Origin: Eledone cirrhosa
Taxonomy: Eukaryota
Length of the DNA stretch: 64,000 nucleotides
Direction of reading: 5' to 3'
NCBI GenBank assembly: GCA_964016885.1
Contig: OZ024740.1
Location: 315,518,001 to 315,582,000, forward strand
Position numbers and translations under genes: made by a program. Of this stretch, positions 1 to 12,329 are shown piece after piece. The notes below the pieces were generated by a model. It had not been told where the DNA came from, searched no databases, and saw only the letters and a list, made by a program, of their open reading frames with translations. Numbering within the stretch: the stretch's first letter is position 1; every line of letters starts with the position of its first letter.

Positions 1-99
1 TTTTAAGTCCATCTTCTATGCTGGCTTAGGCTGGACGTTTTGTCATGTTCTTAGATTAGACAGCTCATGTTTCATTTTGGCATGGGTTTGTATGGCTGG

Positions 100-420
100 A
101 TGCCCTTCCTATTGCCAACCACTTTACAGTATGAACTAGGTACATATCATGACACCAGTACTACCACTTTACAGAGTCAGCTAAGTGCATTTTATCATGG
201 CACCAACACTACCACTTTACAGAGTGGACAGGGTGCATTTTATTTATCATGGCACTAACACTACCACTTTACAGAGTGAACAGGATGCATTTATTTATTA
301 TGGCACCAACACTACCACTTTACAGAGTGGACAGGGTGCATTTTATTTATCATGATACCAACACTACCACTTTACAGGGAGGGTTTAGTATATATTATCA
401 TGATATTAGCACTACCAAGT
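100..420 (+). repeat. Tandem 41-45 bp units within an RTE-tail SINE-like repeat
   Basis: Unit approximately CATTTTATTTATCATGGCACCAACACTACCACTTTACAGAGTGGACAGGGTG, about 6 times. Similar internal units occur at 4270-4380, 36660-36840 and 59350-59470. Confidence 0.75.
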
Positions 421-952
421 AAGCAAAATAATGATTTTTCAGACTGACACAAGGCTATGTATTTATAGAGAGAAACTATTTAGTCCAGTCAACCTCAGTA
501 TATATTGAATGAAGAAGGAAGCCTCTAATGCAGTCATTTGACATACTAAAAATAGTAACCACATTCCCCAACACCACACCCTAGCATCTTAAAATTGGAA
601 AGGACACATTTTAAGTCATCATTGTTTAACGTCTGCTTTCCCTGTTAGCATGAGTTGAATGGGTTGTCAACAGACCGGGTCAGTATGCTGGGAGTCTGTA
701 ACATGCTTACATATGATCCCATGCACTACAAAGTACATTTTATTGTGACACCAGTACTAGGAAGGTTGCCATGAGTTTTACACAACTAAAGAGTCCTCCC
801 AACTCTTTGTTTGGCAGGCTTTCTACAGTTGGATACCCTTCCTATCACCAACTACCTTACAAAGTGTACTGGGTGTGTTTATCATGTAAATCATCAACAC
901 TAGGGAGTTAAACTCACAAAACTTTTCACTATAAAAGAAATGAAAAATTTAC

Positions 953-1100
953 CATTTTATCAATCTCATCAAATAAAAACACTGGATTATTAGTTCCAAC
1001 CAATTTGAGGCCATGTATAATACGTCCTGGCATACTGCCAATGTATGTCCGTCGATGCCCTCGGATGTCACTTTGATCGCTGATACCCCCTAAAGCGATT
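953..1100 (-). CDS. LONP2: LONP2 coding exon 10 (pore loop, Walker B); gene continues beyond the window start
   Basis: [57 protein letters not shown] boundaries, 148 nt. The protease domain and any PTS1 signal lie outside the window. Confidence 0.97.
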
Positions 1101-1200
1101 CTGAAATTAACCAAATTAAATTCCAATTAATCTTCTCAGAGGAATGTACTCTAAATATTCAGCAACAACTGCTAACAAATTCTAATTCAGAATTTGTTAA

Positions 1201-1704
1201 TATACGAGAATAAGTAAAAAATTATCCACACTTTCACCATAACATATCTTTAGGTTTGTCACACTGCCTTCTGCTCATTCGTGCTTATAGTTGGCACTAT
1301 TGTGGTTAGATGATCAAAGTTTGAGCTTGATCATGCCAGTTTTCTTAAGTCCTGCTCCTTTTCGTGCGTCATGCTTGTCCGGTCATTTATAAACTTCTAG
1401 ATCCACTCATACACACTTCTACATGGTAGTGCGCTGTCGCCATATTGTGTTAAATGACTCTGATGAATCATTTCAGCCAGAGAAATCGATTCACTACTCT
1501 TTGTTCCTCCTTGGTGCACACTGCTAACAGAGCTGTCATGTTTACACTCCAATGGCAGCCAGAAAACTGGCACAATCAAGCTCAAACTTTGATCACATGA
1601 CCACAATAGTACCACCTATAGGCACACATGAACAGGAAGCAGTTTGACAAAGTTAAAGATATGTTATGGTGAAAGTGCAGATAAATTTTTATTTACCCTC
1701 ATAT
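1201..1704. mobile_element. Tc1/mariner-type MITE with about 145-bp terminal inverted repeats
   Basis: 1201-1345 is the imperfect reverse complement of 1561-1704. Termini read TATACGAG...CTCATATA in a TA context. Confidence 0.75.
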
Positions 1705-1771
1705 AATGTAATTATATTATGTGTGTTAGCTAAATGCCCTATGCTTCAGATGAATTATTAATCTATCTAAA

Positions 1772-2167
1772 TATCATCATTATCCTTTTATGTTCACATT
1801 TCCATGTTTACATGGGTTGGGCAGATCTTCTCCATCACATCACAGCCACCAGCCTCCCTCCACTTACTGTGTTCCTTTGTAATCTCCTTTGTGAGGTTCA
1901 GCGTTTTGAGATCTATTCTCACTACTACTGTACAAATCTTTCTTGGCTTTCCTCTACTGCAGCTTCCTTCCACTGAGAACTCCTGACACTTCTTTACCCA
2001 ACAATCATCATCCATGTGAATCACATGTCCATACCAGCAGTTTCCTTCATTACACACTACATTTGATCCTTCTTCTACGCAATTTTTTTCTCAGCCCATC
2101 CATACTTCACCGTTTATGCATATAAACATCACACGTCCATCATAGCATTCTTGCTTCATTTCTCTCC
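1772..2167 (-). mobile_element. Degenerate RTE LINE 3' fragment
   Basis: ORF 1794..2057 (WYGHVIHMDDDCWVKKC...RGKPRK) resembles the RTE C-terminus at 53500-53700. Ends in a (GAT)n-type tail. Confidence 0.8.
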
Positions 2168-2393
2168 TACCAAAATAGAATGTATGTACATATATTCCAA
2201 ATTGTAGGCCTTAATTTTAAACCTAGGTAGTTGCATAGAAGCATATCTGTTCAAAAGTTGTTCCTGAAATTTGTTTTCTCTAACTCCAGACAGAAAACAA
2301 ATAATACAATAAAATTCAATGAAACTATCTCCTATTTTTTTTTCTTATTCCATATTTTTCAAAGGTTGATAAAATTTTAAATGTTGCTCTCAC

Positions 2394-2579
2394 CGATGGA
2401 ATTCTCTTCCTAAGATATGAGCAATAGATCGCCCAATACTGGTTTTACCAACACCAGGTGGTCCAACAAAACACATTATTGGCCCTTTCAAACTGTTTTT
2501 CAGTTGTCGTACTGCTAAGTATTCCAAAACACGGGCCTTTACTTTCTCCAAACCATAATGATCGATATCAAGAGCTTTC
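2394..2579 (-). CDS. LONP2: LONP2 coding exon 9 (Walker A)
   Basis: [68 protein letters not shown] boundaries, 186 nt. Confidence 0.97.
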
Positions 2580-2821
2580 CTATAAGATAAAATAAATATA
2601 TATTTAAAGACCCATTTGAAACACCATTAGAATTAAGGAATTTATGAAGGAAAGCAAGAGAAGTAACAATAAAAACATAAAAAAAAAAAATTAGAACACC
2701 ACCAGAACAAAAAGATGATGGTCATCTAAAAAACAGTGTAATGAGGCTGTTTGATAGCAAATGAATCGAATATTAATATTATTCGATATAAAACTCACGA
2801 ATGAAGACTATTAGCAATAAT

Positions 2822-2955
2822 CGGCAGTATCGGTAGAGGGTCGGACACCATGCTTTGACGCATAGAGTTACGGCCCTTGTCATTCTGTGTTCAAATCTCG
2901 CCGAGGTTAACTTTGCCTTTCATCCTTACGGGGTCGATAAAATAAAGTAGCAGTA
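2822..2955 (+). mobile_element. tRNA-derived SINE family A (representative copy)
   Basis: A-box-like GGCAGTATCGG, B-box-like GTTCAAATC and conserved GCCTTTCATCCTTACGGGGTCGATAAAATAAAGTACCAG. Other copies lie near 16885-17310, 22672-22858, 24812-25008, 39365-39550, 43145-43560, 43800-43993, 45590-45725, 51003-51220, 62130-62313 and 62321-62462. Confidence 0.8.
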
Positions 2956-3106
2956 ATTTCACGAGGTTCGATAAGGATAAATATATATCAAATATATAAG
3001 AACCCTAGAGCAAATAACGAGCAACGCCGGGCCATTCTGCTAGTAGACATTAAATGGTGACGATGATGATGATCATCATCATCATCATCGTCACCATTTA
3101 ATGTCT

Positions 3107-4015
3107 ACTAGCAGAATGGCCCAGCGTTGCTCGGGATTTGCTCTAGGGTTCTTATATATTTGATATATATTTATCCTTATCGAGCCTCGTGAAATAAATA
3201 CGTTTGTTTATATTTTGTTATTGTGTATGCAAAAATATCTGTACATGAATATATAATTATATATATAAATATATATATATAACAGTACAGAGAAGTACGG
3301 AATACCTCGGCCTCGGGATGGTGTCTACATTTTGTGCTTATAAAAAAAATTTGTTGTAGATTACCAGGGTTTTTTTCCGTGCGAAGAAAATCAATACTTT
3401 ATCGCGAAATAAATACTTTTGTTTATATTTTGCTATTGTGTATGCAAAAATATCTGTACACGAATATATAATTATATATATATATATATATATATTAAAA
3501 TAACAGATTAAAGTTTAAGCAAAGAATCGCTGCTTTCACTCTTAACGGGATCTTCTGAAACTAAAAAAATCAATCTGTGAACGCAGAAATAAATATTTTG
3601 AAAAATGTTACACACTATATATATATATATATATATATAACGCATGCTAGCGTGGAAAATGGACGTTAAACGAAGATGATGATGATGATATATATACACA
3701 CACTATATATACATATATACACACACACCGTGTCATAATGTTGTAATGCAGACAGCCAGACATACAGACAGATATTATAAGGGCGCAACGTTATATCTAT
3801 GTATCTATCTAAAAAGAGAAAGACTAAGAATTATAGAGAGAGATTGCTAAATCGCCTAATGCAGTCCCTAGGACATTGAAAATTTGAAATTTATTTTTCT
3901 CAAAACACCCACAGGACCATAAGTATTTCATGTGTAAAGTTTGAAAACAATCGGTTGGGTGGTTCTCGAGCTTTAGTGAGCGGACAGACAGACATTATCT
4001 GTTTTAGATATATAT
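3107..4015 (-). mobile_element. Non-autonomous Helitron-like composite
   Basis: The left edge has a Helitron-type 3' end on the minus strand (GAGCAACGCTGGGCCATTCTGCTAG|T). 3745-4010 is an inverted match to the 5' part of the Helitron at 34100. 3510-3610 is an inverted match to 18520-18640. Confidence 0.55.
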
Positions 4016-4114
4016 ATTTTCCAGTTAGATGGGTTATCATCTAGAGACTAGACTGGTCAGGTGACCACATCTTGCTCACTCGCTCCATTTGGGGCTTGGT
4101 TTCTACAATTGAAT

Positions 4115-5806
4115 CATCATCATCACCGTTTTACGTCCGTTCTTCCACACTAGCATGGGTTAGACGGGTTGTCCTGTTGTGTGCAGTGTCTGGTCGTCTG
4201 ACCATGCCTTGCTCATACAGGAACTGATCTGGCTTGATTTCTACAGCTGGATGCCCTTCCTAACACCAACCTCATTTACAGTGAGTGCTGGGTGCTTTTT
4301 CGTGGCGCCTACACGTCCACTTTACAGTGTGGGCTGGGTGCTTTTTTGCCGTGGCACCTCCACGACCACCTTGCGGTGGGGGGTGTGGGGGCATATTGTT
4401 TATATGCTTCAGCATGTACCCATGGGAGGTCGGGTACTCTGTATTACTGCGTGACGCCAGAAGTCACGGCCGTGTGTCATTGTCTTTGAGAGGTGTAATT
4501 GGGTAAGGTCGGCTTTTATCACCTCATCCCAGGTCATCTTGGGTCTCCCCACTCCGCGGTTTCCATCAACTTCTAGTGCTCTGCACCTTTTTATGCAGCT
4601 GTCATCCTTCATACGCATCACATGTCTATACCAGCGCAACCGCCTCTCCTGCACACAGCATTTGATTCCTCTTATGCTCAGTCTCTCTCTCAATTCATTT
4701 ATGCTTTGTCGTTCACATATATTACTGTTACACATCCATCGGAGCATGCAGGCTTCGTTTCTCTCTAATCTACATAAGTCTTCCACCTTCAGCGCCCAGG
4801 TCTCACTACCATGCAACATCGCTGTTCGGATACACGCATCATACAGTTTGCCTTTCATTCTGAGGGAGAAGCCTTTTGCAGCTAGCAGTGGTAGTAGTTC
4901 CCTAAACTTCTTCCATCCCGTTCTTACCCTAGTTATTGTACTTTCTGAACACCCACCTCCGTTGCTAATTCGGTCACCTAGGTAGCAGAAGCTGTCTACT
5001 GTTTCTACAGGGCCCTCCCAGAGATTGGTGGTACTTGTTTCCTGTGGCTGTTTGCTGCTTGCTGTTTCAGCACAGCTGCTGCATGTGAATCCTACATTCT
5101 TAATTAAGCTTCCTGAGATCCCGCTACATCTCTTGTGTACCCATTGTTTGCATTTGGGGCAGAGAATGGAGTTCCTACCTACACCTTTCCTACATACTGA
5201 GCAAGGCCATTTCCCTGAGGGGATCTGGGTTCTGTTTTCTCGTCTACTTACAAGGACCTTAGTCTTTGTCATGTTGACTTTGAGACCCTTTCTCTCTAGT
5301 CCCTGCTTCCAGGTTTGGAATTTATTCTCTAGTTCTATCATAGATTCAGCTATGAGTGCGAGGTCATCAGCATACAGGAGTTCCCATGGACATCCGGTCT
5401 TAAATTCCTCCGTTATTGCCTGCAGGACTATGATGAACAGGAGAGGGCTAAGAACAGAGCCCTGGTGGACCCCAACCTGTACGCTAAATTCCTCGCTATA
5501 CTCATTGCTAATCCTAACTTTGCTGACTGCTCCCCTATACATGGCTTGTACCGCTTTCACAAGCCATTCATCTACTCCTAGTTTTCTAAGAGCCCACCAG
5601 ATTACAGCACGTGGAACTCTGTCAAAGGCTTTCTCAAGGTCGATAAATGCCAAGTAGAGTGGCTTACTTTTAGCTAGGTACTTTTCCTGTAATTGCCTCA
5701 CAAGGAAGAGGGCATCAGTGGTGCCTCTTCCTGGTACAAACCCAAATTGCATCTCGTCTATATTCACCCGGTCCCTAATCAGCTGTGCTATAACTCTTTC
5801 TGTTAC
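4115..5806 (-). mobile_element. 5'-truncated RTE-clade LINE with an uninterrupted 452-aa RT and C-terminal ORF
   Basis: ORF 4409..5767 has QFGF, FIDLEKAFDRV, GVHQGSVLSP and LLYADD. (GAT)n tail. Candidate TSD TGAAT at 4110-4114 and 5807-5811. Confidence 0.92.
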
Positions 5807-6069
5807 TGAATATCCTTCCTAAAGCCAATGACTTTACAACATGTAATGGGAATATTTTATCATTACTCTGGCACTACCACCTAACAGGGTGATAATGATA
5901 ATTATGAAGATGGTGAAAGTGAGATTGGTGAAAGTGGCGTTGGTGGTGGTGTTTGGCAAAAGTAATAATTAAGATATTGATGAGGATAATTTACAAAGGA
6001 AGACTCTTCAGCTGTGTCAAAGACATGAGAACCTCTCTAGTCCTAGTGCCACAGTAAAATGTACTTGCA

Positions 6070-6256
6070 GACCCCAGCCTATCTAAGTACTTGACAGAAT
6101 TTGGGAATGTATGTAAGTGAAATGCAGGTTCCAGCCTATCTAAACACTTGACAGAATGTGGGAATGTATGTAAGTGAAATATAGATCCCAGCCTATCTAA
6201 ACACTTGATAGAATTTGGAAATGTATATAAGTGAAATCTAGGTCCCAGTTTATCTG
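6070..6256 (+). repeat. 57-bp minisatellite, about 3.3 units
   Basis: CCAGCCTATCTAAACACTTGACAGAAT...GTAAGTGAAAT recurs with a 57-nt period (6076, 6133, 6190, 6247). Confidence 0.85.
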
Positions 6257-6576
6257 AGCTGTCAATATATCCACTTAAGTACTGACTTAGTCTCTGAATT
6301 TCATTTTTCATTTTATATCCGCTTTTCCCTGCTTGCATGCCCATCTAATTCTTTCTAGTAGGGAATATGGATGTTAAATGATGATGATAATGATGAAGTT
6401 ACTGAAAGGAGGGATATAAAAATAAAGAGAAAAATAAAAGAAAAATAGGAAGCGGAGAAAGAGAAAGAATGAGAGAAGACAGAAAGAAAGATAGACGGCA
6501 ATAATAACAAGTTTCAAAGACATTTATGAAGTTTGAAATAAAGGAAGAAAAGTAGATGATAAAAGAAGACTAGTAC

Positions 6577-6651
6577 CTTGCTTGGACAATATCTAATGTG
6601 TCTTTGTTGCTTTTGGACCAAGGAAGTTCCACCATAAGTTCTAAATAATTC
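6577..6651 (-). CDS. LONP2: LONP2 coding exon 8
   Basis: NYLELMVELPWSKSNKDTLDIVQA(R), containing the conserved Lon NYL..LPW motif. CAG/GTACT boundaries, 75 nt. Confidence 0.93.
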
Positions 6652-6872
6652 CTGAAATTAAGAAATATCAATATTAATACTTTTGTTCCTTTCTCAGATG
6701 TACAGAGACCACCCCCAGCATATTACAGGTTTTTAGTTTATCAACGGTGGAGGTAGTTGCTGCTGTTGTTGTTGGTGGAAGTAGTAGTGTTGTTGTTGTT
6801 GGTGGTGGTGGTGGTGGTGGTGATGATTGCTGTTGTTGTTGTTACAGTGAAATCCATCAATTGTAAACTTAC

Positions 6873-6971
6873 CTGATCATGACATGTTCTGGCATATTAG
6901 GCATCATATTCTTGAACCGCTTCAGTTCCTTCATTGCAGCTTTATGTGCACCCTCAGGCATCTTTGCAAGT
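6873..6971 (-). CDS. LONP2: LONP2 coding exon 7
   Basis: LAKMPEGAHKAAMKELKRFKNMMPNMPEHVMI(R). TAG/GTAAG boundaries, 99 nt. Confidence 0.92.
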
Positions 6972-7495
6972 CTACAACAATGCAATATTATTATTATTAT
7001 TATTATTATGCACCATATCACTGCTGCAGTGGTGCAGCAGCAAATTACATCTATTAAAGTATATATTTTTCCCCTTCAGTATTCAGTGTAGAATCCTACC
7101 AGTGTTTGGGTGAAAAGTCAATAAGATATGGATCAGTTATGTACTCCGGTAGATTCAATTCTTCCACAACCCTTCCTCTACAAACCAAAAATGGCCTTTC
7201 TAGCCAACAACAGTGCCTTTCGTCACTGGAACTGCTAGAAATAACAGCCAATTTTCCCTCAAATCACTCCTACCCTTTTAAGAAATGAAAGACACACTTG
7301 GATAATGTAGTCCTGAATAGATTATGCCTGAATAAAAGATGGAATGGTTACAGCTGGAACTTATTTGATCATAGATCATCTACAGGATCAGGGCTGACCT
7401 GAGGTTAAACAACAAGCAAAAGATTTTTACCCATGTAAAAAAATTCTTTATTCTGTGTGTTAGCTGCACAGTAATATAATAACGGTTGTAACATT

Positions 7496-7829
7496 ATCAT
7501 CATTTCATTTTACGTCCGCTTTTTCCCTGCTTGCAAGGGTGGGACAGGAACTGATTCTGGCTTGATTTCTACAGCTGGATGCCCTTCCTAACACCAACCT
7601 CATTTACAGTGAGTGATGGGTGCTGTTTTGCCGTGGCACCTCCACGACCACTTTGCAGTGGAATGATAGGGACCCCAGTCCCTATCATCTCATTTCTACA
7701 GCTGAGTAAACTGGAGCAATGTGAAATAAAGTGTCTTGCTCAAGGAAACAACACATCACCCGGTCTGAGAATTGAACTCACAACCTTTCGATTGCAAGGC
7801 CAATGCTCTAACCACTAAGCCATGTGCCT
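7496..7829 (-). mobile_element. Composite SINE family B (tRNA head, central domain, RTE-like tail)
   Basis: Head TGGCTTAGTGGTTAGAGC...GAGTTCAATTCTC, central CCTTGAGCAAGACAC, and a GCGGACGTAAAATG..(GAT)n tail. A near-identical inverted copy is at 18656-18973. Related heads lie at 9248-9590, 10770-10893 and 17380-17632. Confidence 0.8.
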
Positions 7830-7832
7830 CCA

Positions 7833-8250
7833 TATAATAATAATGAAAATTGTGTAGTGCTCAGGTGTACTACAACTCAGCAATGGTGCATGTATAGTGC
7901 ATAGAATAATGTACAAATGTCAAGAAAGTGAAGTGTATGAGTCATGATAGACACACAAACACACACACATGTGTATAGAGGGGGAATATCAGGTGTAGTG
8001 TTGGTGAATTTCGGGAACCATGGGAGTTTTGGAGGATGCAGTGTCCCAACAACTAACAACTGATGCAGGTAATTTGTTTCATGCTTCAGCAATTCTGAGC
8101 GTGAAAAAATGTTTCCGAAGTCATGGAAGCTGTGCTATTTTCTGATTTTGTAAGCATGTTAGACATATGGAATTCAAAAAGTTGTCCAAGGTTGTTGTTA
8201 GAAAGATGATTAATAATCTTGTGTGTGTCTACCAAGTCAGTTACCAGATG
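7833..8250 (-). mobile_element. CR1-type LINE 3' fragment
   Basis: Reverse-complement similarity to 42150-42572, including the GAGTTGTAGTACACCTGAGCACT tail. Confidence 0.85.
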
Positions 8251-8976
8251 TCAGGGCTTTAATGTATCCTTTATTACATGGTATACTAGGTAATACAACA
8301 AACATACCAACATAGAGTATGTGTGTATATTTTTACATAAATACTGAAACATTTCCAGAACATTCTGTCCTGTCAGTAATCTTAAAGCAGCCATTCTCAA
8401 CTTGTACTCTGTGGACCTCTGCAGGTTCACAGAGGTTCTACTAGGAGGTCTGTGAGCTAAGTTAAAATGTTTAAGAGGTTGTTGGGTAAAATGCATAAGC
8501 ACTCACCATAACTCTAGTAAAAAATATACTTTGTGACATCTTCATGCGTGGTCTATATTGTTCTCAGTAACTATTCAACTATAACATAACTTACAAATTT
8601 TTCACCAGACTACAGAACCATTATTTGGGCTTCGTAGATAAGGTACATTTCTCTGCTCAATCCAGTGGATAAAACTAGAATGTAGATATCCAATTTACAT
8701 TAGTCTCATAAAGTGAAACTTATAGTAAAAATACGTTAGAGTGTAAGAAGTTAAGGGCTGAAACACTCGCTTGAGGTGGGTTTTTTCTCTGAAGACCTTC
8801 TGCTGTCCAGCTCTCCTGAGAATTTCTTACCACTAGATATCCACTATACAGTACTCATAAAGTGCAACTTATAGTAAAAATACATTTTGTCAATTCAAAT
8901 GCAAATACCTTAATTTTGTCTAGTCATTCAACAATCATTGGTAAAGACAATCTCTATTAATAAAAGAATTCTTTAC

Positions 8977-9146
8977 TTGATCTTTTTTTCAAAGTCTGCA
9001 CATTCATCAGCATCAATTTCTTGGCTGTCATCAAAATCGTCACCCATTCGCCGGAAAATCTTCTTTGAATAAGGTGGACGTGATAATTCTTTACTTATGA
9101 CAATTTCAAACTTTTCCTTCTTAACTTTTTGCAGTAAGCGAAGAGC
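8977..9146 (-). CDS. LONP2: LONP2 coding exon 6
   Basis: ALRLLQKVKKEK...DDFDDSQEIDADECADFEKKI(K), the acidic linker. CAG/GTAAA boundaries, 170 nt. Overlaps ORF 8973..9164. Confidence 0.9.
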
Positions 9147-10308
9147 CTGGGATATAAAAAGCACAAACCTATCATGTAATAAACTAATGTAAAACTTTAA
9201 AAACTGTTATCTTATATCTATATACCACTACTGTTATCTACTGATATGTGAAGGTGCATGGCTTAGAGGTTAGAGCGTAGGCTTACAATCGTGAGGTTGT
9301 GAGTTCGATCCTCGGACCGGGCTTTGCATTGTGTCCTTGACCAAGACACTTTATTTCACGTTGCTCCAGCTCACTCAGCTGTAGAAATGAGTTGCGACAT
9401 CACTGGTGCGAAGCTATATTGGCCTTAGCCTTTCCTTTAGACAACATAGGTGACATGAAGAGGAGAGACTGGTATGCATGGTGACTGATGGTCTTCCACA
9501 GACAACCTTGCCCAGTCTTGTGCCACAGAGGGAAACTTTCTAGATGCAAAGCCTATGGTCATTTGTGACTGTAGGGGGTCTTTTCCCTTTACCCTATCTA
9601 ATGATATCATATATACTGCTACTGATATCTTATATTTTGATATCTATTTTTCCATGTTAACATTGGTCTGAGTGCTTTAACAAAATCAGTATATTGTTGG
9701 AGCATATGTATTTATGGTTGGGTGCTTCTTCTACTGTTATCACAACAAAAAACACCCAGTCCACCTTTTAAAGCAATAGTGGCACATGATAAAATGCACC
9801 TAGTACACATGGAAGAGTCAGTAGTGTGTGAAAGTGCAGTTGCACCCCCAAAAAATTATTGTCGAGAAATTTGGTTTTGTTGGAAAATCCTTAAATTTTC
9901 AAAAAATATTGTATACTTTGCTTATTTATTTTAATTACACAAACCATAATAAAATATGTACAATACAATAATGAATAAAGATGTCATAATAATGATTGCC
10001 ATGCATAAAAATTTTTGTCGGAAAATTATGAACATCTGCACTTCCAAAAATGATAAGAGCTTATGGGTAGAGTGGATGGCATCAGAAACCACACTAATTC
10101 TGAGTTTTAAAAAAATCAACAGTGAAAACCTAGAAAAATTACCGATTTTCCAACCCCTTGCTTATTCCCCACCCCAACCACTCACCCCCAACACACTATT
10201 ATTTGGGCGCCAAGAGTAGTTAAAAAATCTCAGTTCAAATTCAATGTTCTACTATTTCAAATGACCCCATCACTCCCATATTTATGTGATGATATCAAAG
10301 ATTATTAC

Positions 10309-10461
10309 CTCAATTTGTCTGACAATTAAAGGAAGAGCCCGCTTGAATCGTTCAGAGAGATCCACAGCATCTAAGACTTGCATCTTTTCTGAATAAGAAG
10401 CTTTCACAATGGCAGCACACACATCAGGTAAATGTTGACTGGGAAGTTGATCCAACATTTT
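10309..10461 (-). CDS. LONP2: LONP2 coding exon 5
   Basis: KMLDQLPSQHLPDVCAAIVKASYSEKMQVLDAVDLSERFKRALPLIVRQIE. CAG/GTAAT boundaries, 153 nt. Confidence 0.93.
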
Positions 10462-11276
10462 CTGGAATAGAAATATATAATAATAATGATAATATTAATG
10501 AAAATTATTGTGCACAGTGCTCAAGTGCACTACAACTCATCAAAGGTGCATGTATAGGACATAGAATAATGTACAAATGTCAGGAAAGTGAAGTGTATGA
10601 GTCATGATATTCACAATTATTGCTTTTTTATATATCAGTCGATCGACAAGATCCCAGACATCATTCACTTAACGATTGGGGTGGAGCTTGACAAATTGGA
10701 CCGAAGAAAAAATGTTTCCATTGATCTTTCCAATTGCTAATACTATCTACCGGTCGCAAATCCAGGCAGAAGGAGCAATGCGAAACAAAGTGTCTTGCTC
10801 AAGGACATAACGCATCGCCCAGTCCGAGAATCAAACTCACAACCTCACAATTGCGAATCAAATACTCTAACCACTCAGCCATGCGCCTTCACATAAATTG
10901 TTTCTATGATACAATTATTTTAGAATGTTCTTTTAAAAGGGATAATAATGTTTAGTGTTAAACTGTTTCATATTGTGTATTGGGTGGGAAAACTGGAATG
11001 ACTAAAGAAGGATATCATCATCACTATCATGAACCACATCATCATCACTATCATCATCAGCTTTGAATGAGCAGGCCTATGACCAAAGGCATTTTAGTTG
11101 TGGCCAGTCTGTCTCTTCACAGATAGTTTATCTCAGATCTTTTAAAAGACAGACGGGTGTAATTTGAGAGAATGACCATGCAGGGATACCCTTATTGGCT
11201 TGAATTGGTAAGGTATGTTCTATGTGAAGGTTTATCAAAATAGTCAGATAATAAAAGCAGTTTTTCTATAACTTAC

Positions 11277-11392
11277 TTTTAATTTAGCTACAATAGGTAT
11301 GGAAATATCTAGTAATTCTACCAGCTCTACAGCATGTTCACGGAAGTTGTCTGCCATTTTCTTCAGTTCTGTATCCATTATGAAACTATCAT
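11277..11392 (-). CDS. LONP2: LONP2 coding exon 4
   Basis: DDSFIMDTELKKMADNFREHAVELVELLDISIPIVAKLK. AG/GTAAG boundaries, 116 nt. Confidence 0.9.
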
Positions 11393-12329
11393 CTACAAGA
11401 GAATATTGACAGGTGATAAACTGTTGATGAAGTTAACATCTTTGTTCACCTAATAAACAAACCTTTGACTAGAAATATAACACACACACATAACAACAAG
11501 AATTTTAACCCTTTCATGACTGCATTTCTAATGAAATACACTCGATTTTAATTATTTATTAAAGAATTTTGAAGGATTTACTAAAATTATTAATTATTTC
11601 ATTACTAAGACAGTAACTTAATAATGTAAGGTTCTTATAAAAAATTATGTTGGAAGATTTGAATTTAAATTGGAAACCTTTAAAATGGGTGATTTTATTT
11701 CATAGAACCAGAGCCAGTTTTGGCCAGGTTGGTAACTAAAGGGTTATGGTCATTTTCCTCACTAATGCAGTCATTTTTGAGGCAATTTTTTACAACTAGA
11801 TGCACTTTCTAGTACTAACTCTTTTAGTTGTCTGTTATTACACACATAGATACAATCTATCTAGTCTAATCCTTTAGCATTTGCATCACTCTATTTAATA
11901 TTGTATTTTTGCAGTAAAGGATTTACCTCTCATAATATCTCACATAATATTGAATCTATGAGATTTTGATGTTATTTATTTTGAGAACAATACCTTAACA
12001 GCAGTATGAGTTGCCAGTTATGGCTGGTTTGAACAGAAGGAGGTGAGAGAATTCTGGCCGGATATCGCTAGTTTAAACGCTACAGGGTTAAAGTGAATAC
12101 ATACTCAGAAATAAAATGAAATCTACATAACTATTAAATAAATGCATCCATTTACTAAGAAAATATAGTTACCATATGTACTGAAATATAAGTCATAACA
12201 TTTTCCATAAAAATGAAAAGTGAAAAACCTGTATTTGATTTATATATTTGACCTACAAAACTTGAATTCAAAATATATTGTACATTGAAAATGTCTGTCT
12301 TATATGCAAATATATATGGTATATACTAA

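Noticed and set aside
9248-9330. tRNA genes at SINE heads (also 18656 and family A copies)
   Set aside because: A and B boxes are present, but the sequence continues into the SINE body and I cannot fold a complete cloverleaf with an acceptor stem.
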